From the NCBI GenBank assembly GCA_964016885.1, contig OZ024740.1, forward strand, positions 376,278,001-376,342,000: a stretch of DNA of 64,000 nt, written 5' to 3'. The notes under the pieces are model-generated. The model did not search any database. It was not told the DNA's origin and saw only the letters and a list, made by a program, of their open reading frames with translations. Positions 56,507 through 64,000 of this stretch are shown in pieces; positions within the stretch are counted from its first letter, which is position 1; the number at the start of each line of letters is the position of its first letter. A program made the position numbers and the translations under genes. Source of the stretch: Eledone cirrhosa (lineage: Eukaryota).

Positions 56507-58222
56507 ATCATCATCATCATCATCATCACCGTTTTACGTCCGTTCTTCCAGGCTAGCATGGGTTAGACGGGTTGTCTTGTTGTGGGCAGTGTCTGGTCGG
56601 CTGACCATGCCTTGCTCATACAGGAACTGATTTGGCTGATTTCTACAGCTGGATGCCCTTCCTAACACCAACCTCATTTACAGTGAGTGCTGGGTGCTTT
56701 TTCGTGGCGCCTACACGTCCACTTTACAGTGTGGGTTGGGTGCTTTTTTGCCGTGGCACCTCCACGACCACCTTGCGGTGGGGGGTGTGGGGGCATATTG
56801 TCTATATGCTTCAGCTTGTACCCATGGGAGGTCGGGTACTCTGTATTACTGCGTGACGCCAGAGGTCACGGTCGTGTGTCATTGCCTTTGAGAGGTGTAA
56901 TTGGGTAAGGTCCGCTTTTATCACCTCATCCCAGGTCATCTTGGGTCTCCCCACTCCGCGGTTTCCATCAACTTCTAGTGCTCTGCACCTTTTTATGCAG
57001 CTGTCATCCTTTATACGCATCGCATGTCCATACCAGCGCAACCGCCTCTCCTGCACACAGCATTTGATTCCTCTTATGCTCAGTCTCTCTCAATTTATTT
57101 ATGCTTTGTCGTTCACGTATATTACTGTTACACATCCATCGGAGCATGCAGGCTTCGTTTCTCTCTAATCTACGTAAGTCTTCCACCTTCAGCGCCCAGG
57201 TCTCACTACCATGCAGCATTGCTGTTCGGATACACGCATCATACAGTCTGCCTTTCATTCTGAGGGAGAAGCCTTTTGCAGCTAGCAGTGGTAGTAGTTC
57301 CCTAAACTTCTTCCATCCCGTTCTTACCCTAGTTATTGTACTTTCTGAACACCCACCTCCGCTGCTAATTCGGTCACCTAGGTAGCAGAAGCTGTCTACT
57401 GTTTCTACAGAGCCCTCCCAGAGATTGGTGGTATTTGTTTTCTGTGGCTGTTTGCTGCTTGCTGTCCCAGCACAGCTGCTGCATGTGAAGCCTACATTCT
57501 TAATTAAGCTTCCTGAGATCCCGCTACATCTCTTGTGTACCAATTGTTTGCATTTGGGGCAGAGAATGGAGTTCCTACCTACTGAGCAAGGCCATTTCCC
57601 TGAGGGGATGTGGGTTCTGTTTTCTCGTCTACTTACAAGGACCTTAGTCTTTGTCACGTTGACTTTAAGACCCTTTCTTTCTAGTCCCTGCTTCCAAGTT
57701 TGGAATTTATTCTCTAGTTCTACCAGAGATTCATCTATGAGTGCGAGGTCATCAGCATACAGGAGTTCCCATGGGCATCCGGTCTTAAACTCCTCCGTTA
57801 TTGCCTGCAGGACTATGATGAACAGGAGGGGGCTAAGAACAGAGCCCTGGTGGACCCCAACCTTTACGCTAAATTCCTCGCTATACTCATTGCTAATCCC
57901 AACTTTGCTGACTGCTCCTCTATACATGACTTGTACCGCTTTCACAAGCCATTCATCTACTCCTAGTTTTCTAAGAGCCCACCAGATTACAGCACGTGGA
58001 ACTCTGTCAAAGGCTTTCTCAAGGTCGACAAATGCCAAGTAGAGTGGCTTACTTTTAGCTAGGTACTTTTCCTGTAACTGCCTCACAAGGAAGAGGGCAT
58101 CAGTGGTGCCTCTTCCTGGTACAAACCCAAATTGCACCTCGTCTATTTTCACCCGGTCCCTAATCAACTGTGCTATAACCCTTTCTGTCACTTTCATGAC
58201 CTGATCCATCAACTTTATACCT
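56507..58222 (-). mobile_element. RTE-clade LINE, 5'-truncated, with a (GAT)n tail
   Basis: ORF 57004-58212: QFGFVPGRGTTDA, FVDLEKAFD, GVHQGSVLSP, LYADD, FCYLG, HGSETW; then RLRWYGH..GRPKMTW; (ATC)n at 56507-56527. Confidence 0.95.
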
Positions 58223-58298
58223 ATATATATATATATATATATATTATAATTATAAAAAAACAGGAGGCTGGACTGGTGTAATTCCTTAAAGGTTTATT

Positions 58299-58356
58299 AT
58301 GCTATGAACATTTCAATAACCGGATTCAGTATGAATCCGGTGACATCATCAGGTAT
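58299..58356 (-). ncRNA. Type I HHR in a pLTR fragment (58245-58430)
   Basis: atac-CTGATGA-t-gtcaccggattca.tac.tgaatccggttat-t-GAAA-tgttca-TA-gcat. Confidence 0.65.
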
Positions 58357-58940
58357 TTGAAATTTAACAAAGGAATATACTCCAAGGGGCTGAAAAGGGA
58401 GAGAGACAAGAAAGCGGCCACACATTTAGAGTTTCTAGTTGATTTATTTATTATTTAACAATGGCATTTATTTATCTATTTATATATTTAATTATTGTCT
58501 ATTACCGGTTTCAGCATTTTTATGCATTATCAAATGATAGTGAAATGTATTAGTGAGGTGTCGCACATGATAAACAGAAGGTGCAGAAAGAATAATGTTA
58601 TTTACAAACAAGGTTTAAGAAGTGAAAAGAAAGAAGAAAAAGGAAAAAAAAACGTGCATGATGTAGAGCATAAAAAGTCAATGTGGAAGGAAGCATAATG
58701 TTATTTACAAGCATAGTCATTGAAGTTAAGCTGATCAAAATGTGTTAATATAGCAAGATGCTTAGATAATCCATGATTCCATGATGGTGGACGGAGGTTT
58801 CATATGATTTCCCTTTTTAGAGAGTTAATATGCAGGGGGAAGCAATTCATGCCGGATGATATTTAATTTATTTCAGAAAAAGGATTAGGTAGGGTGTGAG
58901 GCAGGTAACTCTTGTAAATATTTGATTGTTTGTTGCAGTT

Positions 58941-61115
58941 TTAAATTTTTAGAGCATTAAGTAGAGGTTGGAATTTGTTAATGAAATATGTTTCCTTATT
59001 GGTACGTTGGATGAAAGTAATGTTGTCTATGAATTTGTAAATGGTGACATTTTTAAAGTTTGGATGTTGGTTGTGAACACAATTGGCGATATGTTCACTA
59101 AATGCAATCTTTCTGTATTCCTGTATTTTAATTTGTGATTTATGGACGGTCATACGTTGACGGAGGCTGTTTTTTGTCTGTCCTATGTAGTGCTCTTGAC
59201 AGCCTGAGCAGGTTAAAACATAGATTAGGTTTTCAGATGCACATGTAAAGTTGTGTTTAACTGTGAAACGCTGTCCTTGTTTAAAATGGAATGTTGAACC
59301 TTCTATTAGATTTATGCATATGCCACAATTGGGCCTTCCACATTTTGTTACTGTAGGGTTTATTGCGAGGGTTTGTTGGATTTTGGCTTGTGTGAGGTTG
59401 TTTTCTATGGATTTAGGTTGTCTTTTGCTCTTTATGATGTTGTGTGTTTGGAGGATTTTGTTCATTCATGAGTCTCTTTTTAGTAAAGGAATGTTCTGGA
59501 GGATGGTGTCGAATGCTTCATTGTTGAGGGGGTTGTGTGGAGATGTATGGTAGAGTTTTTTGTTGCGGTTCATTCCTGGGTTTGGAGTGTCTGAGTTCCT
59601 GGATGTCTAGTTTTAGAGCACGTTAGAATCCATTGGTGATTAGGGATGGTGGGTAGTTTATGCTGATAAGTGTGTCTTTGATTCTTCTAGTCGTGTGTAG
59701 CATGTGTATTTATCTGAAACTATTGTGCAGAACCTTCTGGCTAGGTTATAAGGAATTGCCACTTTAGTGTGTCTAGGGTGGCACGAGTTGAATGGAAGGT
59801 ATTGTTTGGAGTCTGTGGGTTTGTCGTATATGTCTGTTTCTATTTTGTTGATTGTTTTCTTGGTGAGGATGTCGAGGAAAGGGAGTTGTTCATGGCTGTA
59901 ATCCATTGCGAATTGTAAGTTTGTGTTGAGTCCATTCAGAAGGGTTTTAAACTCAAACAGTCTATTTATACTTTCATGCCAGAGGATGAAGTAGTCGTCC
60001 AGATATCTCTTCCAGTTCTTTTCTATGTGTTGGTAGAAGTGGTTGCCGTATTTGTCTAGAACTTTGCGGTAGAGAATGGTTTCCAAATATCCCATGACAA
60101 AGTTGGCGTATGAGGGGGCCACCTTCGTTCCCATGGCAGTCCCAGATTTCTGACTGTAGTATTTGGCATTGAATTTGAAGAAATTGTTTCCCAAGATGTA
60201 TTTGACTCTTTCCAACACAAATTCTTTATGGATGCGCTGTGGGAGTTCACTTGGAACATGTTCCATCCAGAATTGTATTGCCTCTATACCTAGGTTGTGT
60301 GGGATATTGGAATATACATTGATGACATCAAAGGTTACTAGCAGGGTATGTTCGTTATTGAGTGTTGTTGGGAGGTGTTTGTGCATGTCAAGGTGGTCCC
60401 TTATGAAGCTTTTTGTGTGTTTTAGAAAAGGTTTAAGCAGAATATCTTGGTAGTTACTTAGGCGGTGGGTTTCACATGTGTACCCAGCTATTATGGGTCT
60501 TAATTTAAGGTCATCAGGAGGGGTTCTGCTTTTGAAATTGGTGATGTAGTTGTATTACTTGTCTGTAAGGCCTTCTTTGTAAAGGGTTGTTAGGGATTTT
60601 AGGTTTCTCATTATTTTCTGTTGTGTGTAGTGTTGGTCCTCTTCATAATATGTTTGGTTTTCTATAGTTGAGAGTACTAGATTTGTGTAATAATCTGTCT
60701 CCATAGGGACTACTGCACTCCCTTTATCTGCTCTTTGATTGTTAGGGTTTTGTCGTTTTTCAGACTGTTAAGGCCATTGCATTCTTTTTTGCTTAGGTTT
60801 GGTTTTTGTTTATGTCTGTGTAGGTGGTGGTATGGATAATTAGTAATGCGTTCGCAGAATTGATCGAGGAATTTATTCTTGCTTTTTGGTGGGGTGTAGT
60901 TGCTTCTATTTCTGGCTATTGAGACATCCTCATTGTATTTGGCGTTCAGTTGTTCGCTGAGTCTTAGTTTTCTACAGAATTCTGCAATATCTTCCTTCAT
61001 TTCGGGGTAGTTTGGTTGTTGGGGAGTTGGTGTAAATTTTAGACCTTTGGAGAGTATGTTGATTTGGTCTATTGTTAATTCTTTAGATGTTAAATTGACA
61101 ATTTTTATTGCATCT
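58941..61115 (-). pseudogene. Neptune-like PLE copy 3 (RT plus GIY-YIG), disrupted
   Basis: IVNLT..KGLKFTPTP, GTAMGTKVAP, RYLDD, CGRPNCGIC, NLIYVLTCSGCQEHYIGQT. Confidence 0.93.
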
Positions 61116-61329
61116 TGTGTCTCCTATATATGTAGATAAATCTACCAAAATAAACGGTAGTGTCCAACCCGTATGAAGAACTCAATGTAATCCAAATATA
61201 GAAGTATCATGAAAAGAGAAAATGCGTTCAAAATTTAACGATAAAAATCATAGGAAAAACAGAGTCAAGATAAATTAATAAAAACAATGAAATAAAAACA
61301 AAGAACATGTTCCTTATATTAAAACAATT

Positions 61330-61468
61330 ATCATTTTACGATCGTTTCGGGGATATATATGTGTATGTTGGTATGTATATCATATTAAAGATCTGTGTAA
61401 AAAAATATTACAAATTATCAGAGGAGATATACATACCTTCACTTATATATGCCATCTTCAGAAATGAT
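61330..61468 (-). ncRNA. Type I HHR with a long structured stem II
   Basis: atcattt-CTGAAGA-...ggtatgtatatc/gatatacatacc...-GAAA-cgatcg-TA-aaatgat. Confidence 0.8.
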
Positions 61469-62189
61469 GAAGTATGCTTATTAAAAGAAAGTATTAATAC
61501 AAAATGTATGTTTGGGAACAGGTTTTGAATTGACCAATACAAAAATTAGAGATCAAGTTGATAGAATAACCGTAGTAGAAATTTTATGCTAGGAGTGGAG
61601 GAATGTAAATTTATGCTTTAAATGAAAAGAATGGGGAAGAGAAAGGTACGGATTAGAATGAGGTCAAGTTAATGAGATAGTGAGGGATCCTCAAAAAAAT
61701 TGATGTTATTAAAGAATGTTGTTAAAAGCATAGGGAAAATAATTTTTTGTGGGATGAGAGTGTTGTGAAAAATACTACTCCTGTTTAAATTTTAAGGAAC
61801 CTAGTTACATAAGAGGAAATTAAAATAATTGATACTTACAGAGTTAAAATTATATTAATTATTATGGGTGTGATAAAAAAAGAAGTAAAAGAAATAAAAA
61901 ATTAAAAAATGTATATAGAAAGACTGAAATAAATAAAATATCGTAATATTAAAGATATTAATTATATTTACTAATCCTAAGTATTGAATGTGATAAAAAG
62001 GGGATGCGGTTAAAAGAGGTAGTGAGGTTAAAGATAACTTTAGGTAAAGTGAGCTGCAAGAGGGAAATAAAATTATGAAATTCTTTGTAGTAAATATTTA
62101 AGTACAGGTAAACTAAATTTAAAAAATTATAATAATTTGTAAAATATAAGAGTGATGTATAAATTAATTAAGTTTATAGTATTTGAAGG

Positions 62190-62620
62190 TTTTTCTAATT
62201 CTATGATTGCATGATATAATAATTCCTGTCGCTTATTTAATAGGATATCATTAGATTTCATGATTTCAAATAGTTCTTGGGAGCATAACCTACACTCATA
62301 TCTACTATTTTGATAACGAGTTGTCCTTTTGAGCACGCTCCAGATCAGGTTATAATCAATATCCTTCTTTCTATAATTATAAATTGCTTCAGCCAAGGAG
62401 GTTGTATTAGCAAATGCGCCATTTTTAAAACTATGTTTGTGGGTATTAAATTTTACTTTAAATTGGTTAGACGTAGCTCCTATATAGGTTTGAGTGGAGT
62501 CCTTAGTACTAACTATACATTTATAGACTATATTAATAATAAGACAATTTCCCTTTAATGGGCAAATTCTTTTGATTCTACAGTTACAGACATTCGTAAA
62601 TATTGCGTCAGGAGAGTTAA
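62190..62620 (-). pseudogene. PLE GIY-YIG endonuclease (Hydra-clade-like); its 3' pLTR runs down to ~61130
   Basis: CNCRIKRICPLKGNCLINNIVYKC..TYIGATSNQFK..HKHSF..WSVLK..CRLC..LLNKRQEL. Confidence 0.9.
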
Positions 62621-62664
62621 TTGTGTTATCGATAGTGGTATTAGTGTTACTATTTTAATTAATG

Positions 62665-62941
62665 TTTTCGGTACGCCCGTCCGACAGACTCGCTCGATAT
62701 GCAAATTAGGCTGCTCAGCCGTTAATATACATAAGTAAAGTATATACTTTCAAACATTCAATCGAATGACAGGAAGGTCTACGGAGCTGATGACAGCTAA
62801 TAAGCTAGAAACTAGTTCATCGTTCCTTTTTCGGTGTTGAACAAAAGGGCAACGATGGTTGCCAAACACTGTACCGCTAAATTCGGGCTGTTTGTTTACA
62901 AAGAAACCGAACATTATAATAAATGTTCGGTAAACCCATAC

Positions 62942-63030
<89 letters not shown>

Positions 63031-63094
63031 CATCTATGTATGTATATACATACTACTGTATGTCTGTATACATATATGTATGTACGTATACATA

Positions 63095-63100
<6 letters not shown>
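62665..63100 (+). mobile_element. Retrozyme-like family R1 monomer with an HHR at 62782-62822
   Basis: Homologous to 31731-32090; CTGATGA-c-agct.aata.agct-a-GAAA-ctag-TT-catcg. Confidence 0.8.
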
Positions 63101-63128
<28 letters not shown>

Positions 63129-63277
63129 TAGATTTTGAATTTATGTTGGTTGTATACCAACACCTCGGTATGCAGGCTGGAGCACTCGACGAAGTGCGCA
63201 GGTTGGTTTGGTTACTCCGGAGTAGTGTAAAATAAAGTTTAACAAAGTCAAATGATTAAAATTTAGCTTCGTTTATT

Positions 63278-63332
63278 ACTGCTATATATATTTCAGTGAC
63301 AGCCATCTTTGGCTGTGACCTCTTCAAGTCGC
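63278..63332 (-). ncRNA. Degenerate HHR related to 1484-1542
   Basis: TTGAAGA-ggtcacagcca.aaga.tggctgtcact-GAAA-tatata-TA-gcagt; stem I is poor. Confidence 0.45.
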
Positions 63333-63430
63333 TGGCTGGACTAAAAAGTCACACTCGTTCAGCACATCGGTAGGGATTCTCCTACATGGGTATAAAGTAG
63401 TGGCCGTACTCGAAAACGAGTTGGCAGCCA

Positions 63431-63523
<93 letters not shown>

Positions 63524-63559
63524 TATATGTGCGTGGGGGGGGTGTCAATGTGTCTGTTG

Positions 63560-64000
63560 ACACCTGGAATATAGCTTAAGAGAAATATGACAATAATGAT
63601 ATGATAGGCACCTAATATTTGAACTGGTTTATAGAATTCTTTTGGCCTTTTTGACTCTAAGTAGAGCTTTAAAGAATTAGCTTTTAAAGAATTTCCATTT
63701 TCTTTAAATCCATCAACCATGACCGACCCCCAACCATCTTATAGACACCTGAAATATAGACATTTTTAGCTTAAGAGAAACTTAAAAATAAGGAGTGGCA
63801 CCCCATTCTGAACTTGTTCATAGAATTCTTTCTGCCTTTCTCACTCTAAATATAAATTATAGCCTTAAAGAATTAGCTTTTAATGAATTTCCTTTCCTTT
63901 CAACCAATGACCTCCACCCATCCCACTCCTTACCCTCTCCTACCACCTGAAAAGATATAAATACCACAACATTTATTTTCGGAAAGCCAGATTCCTGATG
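63560..64000 (+). mobile_element. Second copy of the 32.6-33.1 kb pLTR family, cut by the window end inside its HHR
   Basis: Shared sequence ending ccagattcCTGATG. Confidence 0.8.

Overview
This is an AT-rich, repeat-saturated eukaryotic window dominated by (TA)n, (CA)n, (GA)n and (GATA)n microsatellites. The SINE and LINE content resembles a cephalopod (octopod) genome; that is an inference. No intact host gene is supported. Mobile elements present: three Neptune-like Penelope-like elements (PLEs; RT plus C-terminal GIY-YIG), five fragments of a second PLE lineage (CxCx5C linker, YRDDG RT, Hydra-clade-like), a head-to-tail array of five Tx1/L1 LINE copies in (GATA)n, two RTE LINEs, a Helitron, a Helentron/HINE-like element with a 2A-like peptide, a TIR element carrying a LINE ORF1 PHD fragment, and tRNA-derived SINEs. 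The main signal is an unusually dense set of type I hammerhead ribozymes (HHRs), about 20 intact, degenerate or half motifs from many unrelated families. They occur in PLE pseudo-LTRs and in non-coding tandem units of about 424, 467, 595 and 998 bp (retrozyme-like). In one unit the insertion starts at the predicted cleavage site. In several short elements the fold-back palindrome is centred on ribozyme stem II. All structures were read by eye and none has been computationally folded or tested.
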